DNA of 64,000 nt from a virus. Made by a program: the position numbers and the translations under genes. Location of the stretch: IMG/VR virus record IMGVR_UViG_3300038463_000401; one strand, given 5' to 3'. Positions 17,184 to 26,242 of the stretch are shown piece by piece (position 1 is the stretch's first letter; every line of letters begins with the position of its first letter). The notes beneath the pieces are model-generated. The model was not told where the DNA came from and ran no database searches. It saw nothing but the letters and a program-made list of their open reading frames with translations.

Positions 17184-17415
17184 CGATCTCGATCCTCCAC
17201 TTCTCAATGATATTATCAAGCAGCTTTAGCTGCTCAGTAAGTGCCTCGGCGCGCTCGCGCTCTGCATAGAGCCGTTCATCCTCTGCCATCCTCGCGCATA
17301 CCTTGTCCGTCTCCTCAACTGCTTCTAGCAGAGCCTCTCGGCTAAAGCCCGCGCGCACCATGGTAACTACGCGAGCGTTGCCTTCGTTGCGTTTGGCGTC
17401 GATGAGTTGGCTCAT
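17173..17415 (-). CDS. hypothetical coiled-coil protein
   Basis: Coupled ORF. Confidence 0.55.
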   Translation of the reverse strand: MSQLIDAKRNEGNARVVTMVRAGFSREALLEAVEETDKVCARMAEDERLYAERERAEALTEQLKLLDNIIEKWRIEIDDY

Positions 17416-17612
17416 GGCTGAATCTTCCTCCAGAACTTTTCACGCACCAGTTGTGCCTCCTTCTCTTTCCGCTCCGGTGACAACTTCCACCATAGGTAGT
17501 CATCCCGGCTGTACACGGTCGTCCACCACTCTGTCCTAAGATGCTTATCCCCGAATTCGCATTCCCTTTCACGCACGCCAGAATGGTAGAACGAGACGTA
17601 CTGATGCTCCAT
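17412..17612 (-). CDS. hypothetical protein
   Basis: Coupled ORF. Confidence 0.5.
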   Translation of the reverse strand: MEHQYVSFYHSGVRERECEFGDKHLRTEWWTTVYSRDDYLWWKLSPERKEKEAQLVREKFWRKIQP

Positions 17613-17760
17613 GGGCCAACCGCCACGTCAAATCGCTGCGATAGCTCGGCTAGTGCTGCCTCAAGCTGATCGATAAGGTCGCACGCGGAATTAACCGTTT
17701 CTCGTGCCGCCATGCTATCGAAATATCTGGCTGCTTTGCGCCACTCGTCGGTTTTGGTGG

Positions 17761-18045
17761 TCATGGTTCTACCTCAAAAAATTTAACGTCACCCTTGTCA
17801 TACAGAGCATCAAGAATGTGAGGGATTGCATCAGTCAGGAACTGCGCAACTAGCACCCGGCTGGTGCATTCGTCATCCAGGTGCCAAGTGTCTTTCTCCC
17901 GGTTATATGACAGGGTAATAGCGCCAAAACCCCATCCTTTGCGGCTGACTCCAATCTCGATGCCGGTGTAGCCTTCGTTGGAAAAGAATTTGATGTTTGT
18001 GGCATCTGGGAATTTTTCTACTAGGTCTTGTAGTTTGCTGTTCAT
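17761..18045 (-). CDS. hypothetical protein
   Basis: Coupled ORF. Confidence 0.6.
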   Translation of the reverse strand: MNSKLQDLVEKFPDATNIKFFSNEGYTGIEIGVSRKGWGFGAITLSYNREKDTWHLDDECTSRVLVAQFLTDAIPHILDALYDKGDVKFFEVEP

Positions 18046-18362
18046 TTCAGCGCGGCCTCCACGTCTCGACGATGTTCGTATAGCTCAGCTATCTCCTTTA
18101 CCATGTCGCGCTGAATGAACCCTTTAGCGGCTTGCAAGATCTCTAGCCCTTCCGCTTGACTGCCGCGAAATTCAAATTTGCTGTCAGCGCAGCGTACAAA
18201 GCCACGAGGCAGGTGCTCCGGCGGGACAGCACGATAATTATCAGACAAAAATCCTTTCTTATCGTAATAGTCGGCGGGCGTGATGAGGAAGTGTGTGATC
18301 CGCTGGCCGCCTGAAGTAAACCAATCTGGGTATTCAGTGTCGGGAGTGTAATAGTATTTCAT
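18042..18362 (-). CDS. hypothetical protein
   Basis: Coupled ORF. Confidence 0.6.
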   Translation of the reverse strand: MKYYYTPDTEYPDWFTSGGQRITHFLITPADYYDKKGFLSDNYRAVPPEHLPRGFVRCADSKFEFRGSQAEGLEILQAAKGFIQRDMVKEIAELYEHRRDVEAALK

Positions 18363-18718
18363 TTCAGCACGTCCTCCGCAGCTTGGTGAAGGGCGGTGAG
18401 GGCATCGTCTAACGCTTGATCGCCATGAGATGGATCATCGCAATAAAACTGGTGTGCTTTGGCCGCCTTCGCGACGTTGAGCAGCGGCTCGGCAAGCTGG
18501 CGCCAAATGATGATGGCGTTTAGCTCGCTGTGGTTATAAACATTCATAAGGTCATTGCCTTGGTCTTGCGACATGTCGGCAGAATATATTTCGCCATCTT
18601 CATCAGATTCCCACGGCCCCGGCATCGCCGCCCGCGTCACCACCAAAGCCTCGTCAAGTAGTTTGGATAGTTCGGTCATGGCTTCGTCAACTCCTTTTGA
18701 AATTTCCACCGCTCCCAT
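18359..18718 (-). CDS. hypothetical protein (ead/Ea22-like PGPW motif)
   Basis: AAMPGPWE pattern; start may be internal. Confidence 0.55.
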   Translation of the reverse strand: MGAVEISKGVDEAMTELSKLLDEALVVTRAAMPGPWESDEDGEIYSADMSQDQGNDLMNVYNHSELNAIIIWRQLAEPLLNVAKAAKAHQFYCDDPSHGDQALDDALTALHQAAEDVLK

Positions 18719-18903
18719 GCTTCTAACGCGCCATCTAGCTCATCCAACTCATGGCACAGGAGCTTAGACTTGGCACGGTAAGCTTTTGCCTTCTCCGCCA
18801 CTTCGCGCAAAATCGTGATTACTTCTCCCGCCTCCGTGGCTAACTTGACTGCCATATCCATCTTGCCAAACAGCCTATCCAACGATTCGGTGATGTCGCT
18901 CAA
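18676..18903 (-). CDS. hypothetical protein
   Basis: Coupled ORF. Confidence 0.55.
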   Translation of the reverse strand: MSDITESLDRLFGKMDMAVKLATEAGEVITILREVAEKAKAYRAKSKLLCHELDELDGALEAWERWKFQKELTKP

Positions 18904-19259
18904 ACTTGTTTTCCTCCAATCTTCTTCACGAAGTCATCGAGCGCGCAGACCTTCTCCTTCGGCACGGAGTAGGACACCGTCTGGTGAGTTTTCGCCAGAT
19001 GAATACGTTTAAAATGTTGAACGAACGTGCCCGGTCCGGCCGCGGGCTCTTCCCCATCTGGGCCTTGCCAGCAGAAGGTGAAGTCGAGGTCTTCGAGGCG
19101 GACGATCTTACCCGGGGTTCTGGCCGCGAAGCTGCCCTCGTGGGTGTTGTAGAGCTCTTCATCGACCTCGGCAGCTTCACCCTCCATATACCAATCGCCC
19201 TCTGGCAGAGGCCAGTGATTGTTGAGCACGTCACAGATGTCGTTGATGTTGACTTTCAC
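18900..19259 (-). CDS. hypothetical protein
   Basis: Coupled ORF. Confidence 0.6.
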   Translation of the reverse strand: MKVNINDICDVLNNHWPLPEGDWYMEGEAAEVDEELYNTHEGSFAARTPGKIVRLEDLDFTFCWQGPDGEEPAAGPGTFVQHFKRIHLAKTHQTVSYSVPKEKVCALDDFVKKIGGKQV

Positions 19260-20992
19260 CCAACCTCCACTTTCAAAGAAAGGTGTTCCTGCCGCACATA
19301 CGCCAGGAAATACTGCATGCCGCCCGTGACGTCGAGACTATCGACGAGGTCGGCGTTATCGACGAAAATGACCTTCGGTGCTTTCGCCCCCATGAGTTGG
19401 TTGAACTTGAGACACAGCATAATGTCTGCTTTGATCGCCGCGCCGGTGGACAGTATCCCGTAGGGAATGCCATCTCCACGGGTGACGGATGTTCCTTCTA
19501 ACGAGAAGGTATAACCGTCGATCGTGAGTTGCTCCGCGCGCAGCGAGAGCTCCTTTTGGGGGAGTCCCCCAATAGCCGCTTCGATACGTTCGTAGCGCTC
19601 GACTGCCAACGCCAGCGGCGCAGCCTTCTCAATCAACGAAGACATCGTGGCCGCGGCGCCCTCCTTCTGACGCACAGCATGTTCATACTGACCGACGGCG
19701 CGTTGGTGGGCTGCCAGTTGCTCACGTAGCCTGGATTCCTCCTCCGGAGAATACGGCGTAGTAGGCTCAACTGGTTGCGGGCCTACTTCCGGTGTCGGCC
19801 TGTCGACCAACCCAGCAATGCGAACGCGTAGCTTCTCTGCCGCAGCTGCCCTCATGGCGTTAGCCAGCTCAACAGCCCGACGCTGCTTGGTATTCTCCTC
19901 CTCTTCTTTACGAAGCAGGGCAATGCGCCCGGTGATGTCCTCGTTGGCTGCGCGAATAGCCGTCAGTTCCTCCTCGTATTTTGATTGGATCAATGCCGTG
20001 TCCGCCTTGACCTTCTCCCGATGCTTCGAGCCAACGACTTGGCCGCAGCAGGGACAGCGGTCCCCCTCGGGCAGGTTCAGTAACGCTGGCTTGGGCGGCA
20101 ACGGTTGAAGCCCCGCGGAGAGTTCGTCCTTCTTAAGACGATGGTCGACAACCGCGGGCACCGGCTGGATCTCTATCAAAGCGAGCTCCGACTCAGCCGC
20201 GGCGCGCTCCGACGCAAGGTTGTCGTTCCACGCGTTGACCTTGTCGAACTCAGCGACGGCTGCGTACCAGGCAGCGCGGCGATGCTTGTAGTCGTGCCAC
20301 AGCGCCGCGCGCTTAGAGAGGACCTCTAATTGCGCAGCAGCACCACACGGCGGCGGCGCGACGAGCTCGGCCTTCGCCATGACTTCGCACGTCGTGATCT
20401 GCCCTGCGAGCTTCGCGTACTCCGTGGCCACCGTTCTCCGCGTAGCGGATACCGCGGATGCGATAAGATCAGGCCGGCGGTTGAGGTTGCCGATCGTGAT
20501 CAGGTCGTTCTCGTCGAGTGCAAAGCCCACTAGTTCTTCGAGCAAGGCTCGACGATCTAGTGGGGGTAACACTTCGTTGAGAACCGCCCGACGCTTGTCC
20601 TCCGTCAACGTCATGAAGTACCCAGGCAGGAACGACGACAGGAACAGGTCTGGGGACGCGCCTAGGGCCTTTGAGAGCTGTTCCTGGCTGCAGGGGGTCC
20701 GAACCCCGTTGCGGATGATCGAGAGCGCAGGAGTGCCCTTTCTCTTGAGCACACGGGATATCGTCGTGCCCTTGTCCGAGGACACTTCGACCTTGAGGCC
20801 CTCGGCTCCATGAGAAATGAAGTGTGTGGGGTTTCGCGCACCGGTGGAGTCAGTTCCCGCATAGGCATAGCAGATGGCTTCCTTGATGCCGGACTTGCCC
20901 GCTTCGTTACGACCGAGTAACCTAGTTACTGGCCCAAACTTGTGCGTGGCGCTCTTTCCTCTGAAGTCTTCGATAGTTAGCTGCGTTAGCAT
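19256..20992 (-). CDS. SMC/SbcC/Rad50-like ABC ATPase
   Basis: Walker A GRNEAGKS, coiled coils, Zn-hook CPCC, signature LSTG, Walker B IFVDN. Confidence 0.85.
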   Translation of the reverse strand: MLTQLTIEDFRGKSATHKFGPVTRLLGRNEAGKSGIKEAICYAYAGTDSTGARNPTHFISHGAEGLKVEVSSDKGTTISRVLKRKGTPALSIIRNGVRTPCSQEQLSKALGASPDLFLSSFLPGYFMTLTEDKRRAVLNEVLPPLDRRALLEELVGFALDENDLITIGNLNRRPDLIASAVSATRRTVATEYAKLAGQITTCEVMAKAELVAPPPCGAAAQLEVLSKRAALWHDYKHRRAAWYAAVAEFDKVNAWNDNLASERAAAESELALIEIQPVPAVVDHRLKKDELSAGLQPLPPKPALLNLPEGDRCPCCGQVVGSKHREKVKADTALIQSKYEEELTAIRAANEDITGRIALLRKEEEENTKQRRAVELANAMRAAAAEKLRVRIAGLVDRPTPEVGPQPVEPTTPYSPEEESRLREQLAAHQRAVGQYEHAVRQKEGAAATMSSLIEKAAPLALAVERYERIEAAIGGLPQKELSLRAEQLTIDGYTFSLEGTSVTRGDGIPYGILSTGAAIKADIMLCLKFNQLMGAKAPKVIFVDNADLVDSLDVTGGMQYFLAYVRQEHLSLKVEVG

Positions 20993-21320
20993 CTCGTCCT
21001 TCCTGGTTATGGTAATTCTCCACCGGAATCCGAAAAAGACCTCACAGTGAACAAATAGGTGTATTTGCCAGTAACACTAGAGTGTTACGACAAATCCCCC
21101 GGCTCACGGCACTCCGTGGGACAGAAGGGGGGTTATGTGGAAATAAAAAATATTGATTCACGTTGAAGAAAAATATCTGAGTCTCATATGTGGGTTCTAT
21201 TCATATATATAAAAGTGAGTGTCTAAAACACTTTTATATATATATAATAACACTACTCTTTCTTGACCTCACGGCCTCACATGAGAGCCCTGTGAGTTCC
21301 GGTGGTTCCGGGTGGAATGC
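20993..21320. other. AT-rich non-coding region with nested inverted repeats; candidate replication origin
   Basis: 15-bp perfect IR (21203-21217 / 21229-21243), 8-bp IR (21071-21088), repeated CTCAC. Confidence 0.5.
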
Positions 21321-21749
21321 CTACTTTTTAGACTCCTCGATCTTCTCAAGACTCTCGTCCAGGGTCTCAACCGCCTTCTTGAACTCCTCAGTACAGGGTT
21401 GATGCCCCGCTGCCGCTTTATTGATCAGGTCATCAGCTTGGTAATGTTTATAAAGTTGTTTGGCCATTTCACCAGACAGAACACCGGTGGCTACTAGCTG
21501 TACTACGGCGTTCACCCCGATCTCGGTCATCATCCTTCCCATGTCGTAAGGTTTGATAGCCATGACCTCGGCTGTAGCCTTTGCCGCAAGCACCTCCAGC
21601 ATCTTGATTTTGGTAAGTGTTGTGACCGCGCTGATCGCCACGTTTGGGTGCTCGTAGTGAACGGCCTTGTAACTCTCGACGATATCTGGTAGGGCGTTCT
21701 GGACGGCGGTTACTAGCAGTAATTGGATCTGTTCTGCCTTGCTCTGCAT
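21321..21749 (-). CDS. hypothetical protein
   Basis: GGAGG SD; follows a GGTATAAG motif. Confidence 0.65.
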   Translation of the reverse strand: MQSKAEQIQLLLVTAVQNALPDIVESYKAVHYEHPNVAISAVTTLTKIKMLEVLAAKATAEVMAIKPYDMGRMMTEIGVNAVVQLVATGVLSGEMAKQLYKHYQADDLINKAAAGHQPCTEEFKKAVETLDESLEKIEESKK

Positions 21750-21769
21750 GGTGGATTACCTCCACACGT

Positions 21770-21777
21770 CTTATACC
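21770..21777 (-). promoter_or_regulatory. GGTATAAG motif overlapping the endolysin stop codon
   Basis: Exact motif copy. Confidence 0.35.
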
Positions 21778-22373
21778 TGATTGTTGAGGAACCGTCTGTA
21801 CTCTGGCATAGTCATGCTGAGAGACCCACCTGGGTCTTGCTTGCGTTTAGGAGCGACCTCGTCATGCCCAAGGACATTGTTGAAATCAAAAATGCCGTTG
21901 CCGTTGGCGTGAAGCCATTTGAGCAACGCCAAAAGCGACGTCTCCTGCGCAGCTGTGTAGATCTGATACGCGCCGGGCGTCTGGTTCTTCCCGTCGGGGA
22001 CGAACTGGCGGACTTGCTCAGGCGGGACGGCGACGTTGAACCAGGTTTCATGGACGCTGTTAAGTATGCCTGCGCAGGCAATTTCAATCCCGACAAGCCT
22101 GCTCGACAGCCACTCCCCGAGCCCCGGCCATGAGCTCTCCCCGCAGTGGTAGCCCCAGTGGTTGAGCGGGTGCGCCTGGTAGACGACGCCGGCAGAGTCG
22201 ATCAGCATGTAGGCGAAGTCGTTCCTGATCCCCAGCATGATGTCATCGTAGCCGGGACGCTGGACGCCAGCGGTGTAGTGAACGATCGCGCCTTCTGGGT
22301 AGCCTTTGGGGTAGGTGCCTTTGGTGGGCATCGGGGTAGCTAGACGCGTCGCGCTGGGGTACCACAATTCCAT
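21771..22373 (-). CDS. N-acetylmuramoyl-L-alanine amidase (Amidase_2), putative endolysin
   Basis: IVHYTAG, YHCGES, VGIEIA, LGHDEVAPKRKQDPG Zn-binding pattern. Confidence 0.9.
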   Translation of the reverse strand: MELWYPSATRLATPMPTKGTYPKGYPEGAIVHYTAGVQRPGYDDIMLGIRNDFAYMLIDSAGVVYQAHPLNHWGYHCGESSWPGLGEWLSSRLVGIEIACAGILNSVHETWFNVAVPPEQVRQFVPDGKNQTPGAYQIYTAAQETSLLALLKWLHANGNGIFDFNNVLGHDEVAPKRKQDPGGSLSMTMPEYRRFLNNQV

Positions 22374-22428
22374 GTTAGCTCCTTAACCTTTAATTTGGGT
22401 GACCAAAGTAAAGGTTATCCTAACAGCT

Positions 22429-22459
22429 AAAAAGAAACCCGGCATGTGCCGAGTTCCTT
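22429..22459 (-). terminator. intrinsic terminator upstream of the endolysin
   Basis: aaggaactcggca-ca-tgccgggtttctt plus U-tract. Confidence 0.65.
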
Positions 22460-22470
22460 TGGCGCGGCGC

Positions 22471-22872
22471 TTAACCCCAATAAGAGGTTATCCGCCACTG
22501 AACGTCTTCTTCATCGAACCCGAGCACCCTGGCGAGTTCCATCATGCGCGGGCCGGTGGCCTTTACGATCTCGATCATGTCCGTCGTCTTTACGATGAGC
22601 GACTCCCCGCGGTCGGCTTCCCAAGGTTTGTGCCCGGTGATAAGCCAGTGCACCTCGTCTTTACCGCAGGCGCTCGTGAAGTAGATGCCCTTCTTTGCCA
22701 GGTCACCCCAGTAAGGAATGACCTGATCCTCTAAGGTTTTCTCTAGTTCCTCTTCATCGACCTCGACGTCGATGATCCTCGCTAGCTCAGTCCAAACCAG
22801 CTTCGGGTTGTTGTGCTCGTCCGGCACGAAATACAGCCCGTAACCATAGATGCCATTTGTTGCAACGCCCAT
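22471..22872 (-). CDS. hypothetical protein (MGVATNG...)
   Basis: TAATG coupling to the upstream ORF. Confidence 0.6.
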   Translation of the reverse strand: MGVATNGIYGYGLYFVPDEHNNPKLVWTELARIIDVEVDEEELEKTLEDQVIPYWGDLAKKGIYFTSACGKDEVHWLITGHKPWEADRGESLIVKTTDMIEIVKATGPRMMELARVLGFDEEDVQWRITSYWG

Positions 22873-23072
22873 TACAGCCTCAAGTAAGTTGGTAGTTGGT
22901 TCCTCAAATCCTCGCATTTCTTTCTGTAGACCTCGGCCATCTTCGGATCCCCGTCGAGAATGCACCGCAGCTCATAAGATTTGTAGGTACAGAACGCTCT
23001 GAGCGTCCTGCCAATCTCTCTAAGCTCTTCGGGGTTCTTGCACTGACCGAGGCGATCTATAAACGGACGCAT
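22872..23072 (-). CDS. hypothetical protein
   Basis: Coupled ORF. Confidence 0.55.
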   Translation of the reverse strand: MRPFIDRLGQCKNPEELREIGRTLRAFCTYKSYELRCILDGDPKMAEVYRKKCEDLRNQLPTYLRL

Positions 23073-23545
23073 AGCTTTGCCCTCAGATCGTCGATCGTGC
23101 TGACCTTCGGCATCGGAGCCTTGAACGTCTTGTTCAGCCAGTACTCAGTGACCTTGATCGGTTTGAGTGTCAGTGGGTCAAGCTTGTTCGTCGTGGTGGT
23201 CAAGCACAGCCAGTGGGTCTCCGGCCGCCGCGCCATCGCGTAGCGGAAGAGGCAGCCGAGCATGATCGCCGCGTCCTTGCCAGTGCCCACGATCTTTGAG
23301 ATCGAGTCCCACAGGGCGACTACGTCTTTGTGCGGGCGCACACTGTCGTAGCCCCACATGATCCCGGCCTTGGTCCAAGCAATGCGTTCTACCAGCGCCG
23401 CGTCAATACCGGTATTGATGTGTCGCATTACATTGCGTCTGTCCGCCGGCGAGTTGTTACGCTCGTGGGCCTCGACGTAAATGTTGCTTGTAATACCAGG
23501 AGTGATGAGACGGCTGCCGCCGCCTGAAACGTCATACAGTGACAT
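23057..23545 (-). CDS. hypothetical protein
   Basis: ORF in operon orientation. Confidence 0.6.
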   Translation of the reverse strand: MSLYDVSGGGSRLITPGITSNIYVEAHERNNSPADRRNVMRHINTGIDAALVERIAWTKAGIMWGYDSVRPHKDVVALWDSISKIVGTGKDAAIMLGCLFRYAMARRPETHWLCLTTTTNKLDPLTLKPIKVTEYWLNKTFKAPMPKVSTIDDLRAKLCVRL

Positions 23546-23984
23546 TGTTGTCTACCCCAAGTGCCCGACGGCACAGTCCTCGCATCATTGAAAGAAACCC
23601 CTCCTCGTGGCATTCCCAGTTCCACCCAACCTTCTTGGCGGTGGTGAAGAAACCGCCACCTGGGCCACCGATGCCCTTATAGCCAACGAACACGCACCAC
23701 AGAGGCCCGCCGCTCGCCGTGTTCAACTCTTGGAGTTTGAACAGGACTTGGTCGACCACCCGCCGGTCTATACCTAGTAGCTCGCGAAGGTCGTAGTACG
23801 TCACGAACTCGCGGCCACTTGCCACCTGAGCTTGGATGTACTTTTGGGTAACCTCCGCGGCAACCTTGAAGAGATCTTCTCTCATCCCCTTAAGATCGCT
23901 CATACTGCGCCGCCTCAGCTTCTCGTACATCCTGAAGTGGAGGCGAATGCTATCTACAAAAAGCGGGTCAATGCTTATTTCCAT
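23532..23984 (-). CDS. hypothetical protein, possible winged-helix DNA-binding domain
   Basis: FVTYYDLRELLGI..VLFKL..VFVG..GPGGGFF. Confidence 0.55.
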   Translation of the reverse strand: MEISIDPLFVDSIRLHFRMYEKLRRRSMSDLKGMREDLFKVAAEVTQKYIQAQVASGREFVTYYDLRELLGIDRRVVDQVLFKLQELNTASGGPLWCVFVGYKGIGGPGGGFFTTAKKVGWNWECHEEGFLSMMRGLCRRALGVDNNVTV

Positions 23985-24315
23985 CCTTATCCCCTAAGCT
24001 CTTTAGAACGATCTTCTGAATGGCCTCGATGCTGTTCTTCATTACCTGCACCATCTGCACGTCGGCGGGGCCCACCTGGATGAACTCTAGGGCTTGACCG
24101 ACATTACCTGCCGCTGAGCGCAGGTCGTGGAAGTCCTTGCGGGACAAAAACATCCCCTCGTCAATCGCTTCGTTAACCGGGTCATCGACCTTGCACTTGA
24201 GACGCGCAAGGCGATGCTCTTCTGATGAAATTTGGCCTTGCACGTACAAGGCCGCTAACTGGTAATTGAAATCCGGCGGGGGCTTGGCGATAAGTTCTGC
24301 GAGTTCCGTGTCCAT
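23968..24315 (-). CDS. hypothetical protein
   Basis: First ORF after the 24371 motif. Confidence 0.6.
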   Translation of the reverse strand: MDTELAELIAKPPPDFNYQLAALYVQGQISSEEHRLARLKCKVDDPVNEAIDEGMFLSRKDFHDLRSAAGNVGQALEFIQVGPADVQMVQVMKNSIEAIQKIVLKSLGDKDGNKH

Positions 24316-24370
24316 GTGTTGTCCTTTCAGACATCTAGTGTTAGCGAAAGGTCTTTATAACTCCATAATA

Positions 24371-24378
24371 CTTATACC
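24371..24378 (-). promoter_or_regulatory. GGTATAAG promoter-like motif
   Basis: Intergenic, downstream of a terminator. Confidence 0.6.
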
Positions 24379-24412
24379 AAATTTGCTCTTCCCATTGGCT
24401 CAGCCAATAGGT

Positions 24413-24449
24413 AAAAGAAAACCGGTGCAGCATTGCTGCTGCACCGGTT
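24413..24449 (-). terminator. intrinsic terminator
   Basis: 13-bp perfect IR aaccggtgcagca / tgctgcaccggtt plus U-tract. Confidence 0.8.
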
Positions 24450-24463
24450 AAGGGAGAACAACC

Positions 24464-25369
24464 TTAAGGGACTTCGGCGTAGTGAAGCTTGCCGAAAGGA
24501 AATGTGGCGGGTAGCGTTGCTTGCGTGGCCATTGTCAGCGCACCAGTAATAGTGGTGGCTAAGGCCGCCTGGCAACCATTGTTGTAGTAGGAGTTGAAGG
24601 TCTTGCTCGTCGCAACAACTTCAGAGCCGGTGGTCTTCCACAGATGCGTACCATCATAGAAGCCGGTGCCAACAGGGATATCCGTAGGAGGGGCCTGCGT
24701 ACCACCGTTGCCTGAGTAGTTAGCTGCATAGCAAGTTCCAACGCAGTTGGTGGTGGTGAACATGCAAGTACCGTTATTGGAAGAGGCCCCGAAGTAAACC
24801 TCCGCGCCGTCCCACTCGCCAAGAGCCAGCTCTGTTTTGAAGTAGGTGCCGTCGGCCAGCATCATCGTGGTGTAGCCACTGTTGTCGGAGGCGTCAATCA
24901 CGTAGCCGATGAAGGTGCTGGCAGCGTTATACAGGCCGATGTAGCCGGAAGCACCAGCAGCGCCGGCCGCTCCAGTGGCACCGGCAGCGCCGTTGGTGCC
25001 GTTGGTACCAGCAGCGCCCGCAGCACCGTTGGTGCCGTTGGTACCAGCAGCGCCCGCAGCACCGTTGGTGCCATTCGTACCGTTCGTGCCCGCAACACCC
25101 TGAATACCTTGGATACCCTGAGCGCCGTTCGTACCTGCAGCACCAGTTGCGCCGGTCGGGCCAGTAGCCCCAACCGCGCCGTCGATGCCGTTCGCGCCGG
25201 TTGCACCAGTAGCGCCTTGCGCGCCCTGCGGCCCTTGCGGACCAACTGACGGAGTAGCCGACGGATCAGCAGCGCTAACCGCTGCGTTGACCACCGGGCT
25301 AGGAGTTGAATTGCTAGGAGCAGTACCACAGGCCGCCAGGAAGGCGGCAGAGAAGATGACGTTCTTCAT
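24464..25369 (-). CDS. collagen-like (Gly-X-Y) lipoprotein
   Basis: MKNVIFSAAFLAAC lipobox, roughly 30 Gly-X-Y triplets, Cys-containing C-terminal domain. Confidence 0.8.
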   Translation of the reverse strand: MKNVIFSAAFLAACGTAPSNSTPSPVVNAAVSAADPSATPSVGPQGPQGAQGATGATGANGIDGAVGATGPTGATGAAGTNGAQGIQGIQGVAGTNGTNGTNGAAGAAGTNGTNGAAGAAGTNGTNGAAGATGAAGAAGASGYIGLYNAASTFIGYVIDASDNSGYTTMMLADGTYFKTELALGEWDGAEVYFGASSNNGTCMFTTTNCVGTCYAANYSGNGGTQAPPTDIPVGTGFYDGTHLWKTTGSEVVATSKTFNSYYNNGCQAALATTITGALTMATQATLPATFPFGKLHYAEVP

Positions 25370-25386
25370 GGCGTACCTCATTTAGT

Positions 25387-25626
25387 TTATTGGTTTTTAA
25401 GACGATCGATTTCTTCTTGCAGAGCGGCATTGCGCTCTTCCAGGATTTTGACTGCGAACATTGCTGTATCTGCTGCGCGCTTGGCAGCATCTTTAAGCTT
25501 GGTAACCTCTGCCAGCAAAGACACTCCGCGAATATTGAGGCGGAGCTCTATCTGACGGAGCTCAACCTCGCTTAGTGTGTCGATGACGTCGAACAAATCG
25601 AGTAGAACTTGTTCGCGGCTTTTCAT
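25387..25626 (-). CDS. coiled-coil hypothetical protein (MKSREQ...)
   Basis: ATGA coupling. Confidence 0.55.
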   Translation of the reverse strand: MKSREQVLLDLFDVIDTLSEVELRQIELRLNIRGVSLLAEVTKLKDAAKRAADTAMFAVKILEERNAALQEEIDRLKNQ

Positions 25627-26192
25627 TGGCGCACCCCATGCGCAGCAAGTGTGTAACCAAGCTTCCGCTGGCACTCTTCCCGAAGTGGCTTGACTGTCTG
25701 GATCATCTGCTCAAGTGCTGTTTGGTACTTCCGCTCAGCCGCCAGCCGCTCATCCAGAAATTCTTTGGTAACCACAATCAGTGAATCGTCAACGATACCT
25801 AGTTCTTCTTGAACCTTCGTAACCGGCTTCAGGTTGTCCACTGAAGGTATTGGAGCGACCTCGCCGCTCCCACCGTTTGCAGGATCGGAGGTAGCCACCC
25901 GGCAATCGTGGAGGAAGAAGACTTCGTCACGAAGCTTTTCGGCAAAGTAATAGTTTGCCATCTCTTGCGAGCGTAGTTCGACTTCAGCACTTTTCTTGAT
26001 CTGGATGACCGCTTGGCCGTCGTCATTAATACCGATCTCGCCATAGGTGCTGTGTCCTTTTACGTTGAGGTTGGTGTCGTCGAGTTCCTTGGCTTGGTGC
26101 TGCGTGGCGCAGCCGGTTAAGTAGGCTAGGATAGGGCACAGAGCCAGGATCGTAATGGCCAGGCGAAATTGTAGGCGTTCTTGCTTGTTCAT
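25623..26192 (-). CDS. lipoprotein
   Basis: GGAGAACAC RBS; basic N-terminus, h-region, LTGC lipobox. Confidence 0.75.
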   Translation of the reverse strand: MNKQERLQFRLAITILALCPILAYLTGCATQHQAKELDDTNLNVKGHSTYGEIGINDDGQAVIQIKKSAEVELRSQEMANYYFAEKLRDEVFFLHDCRVATSDPANGGSGEVAPIPSVDNLKPVTKVQEELGIVDDSLIVVTKEFLDERLAAERKYQTALEQMIQTVKPLREECQRKLGYTLAAHGVRQ

Positions 26193-26242
26193 GTGTTCTC
26201 CCTTTGTTGTTAGTTCCACTAAGGCCCCGAAGGGCCTAGTGC

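Noticed and set aside
24389-24410. Paired CCAAT/ATTGG boxes
   Set aside because: Eukaryotic element with no meaning in this phage context; short enough to be chance
24985-25090. 36-bp direct repeats of CRISPR-like length
   Set aside because: Contiguous with no spacers and in frame within the collagen Gly-X-Y region
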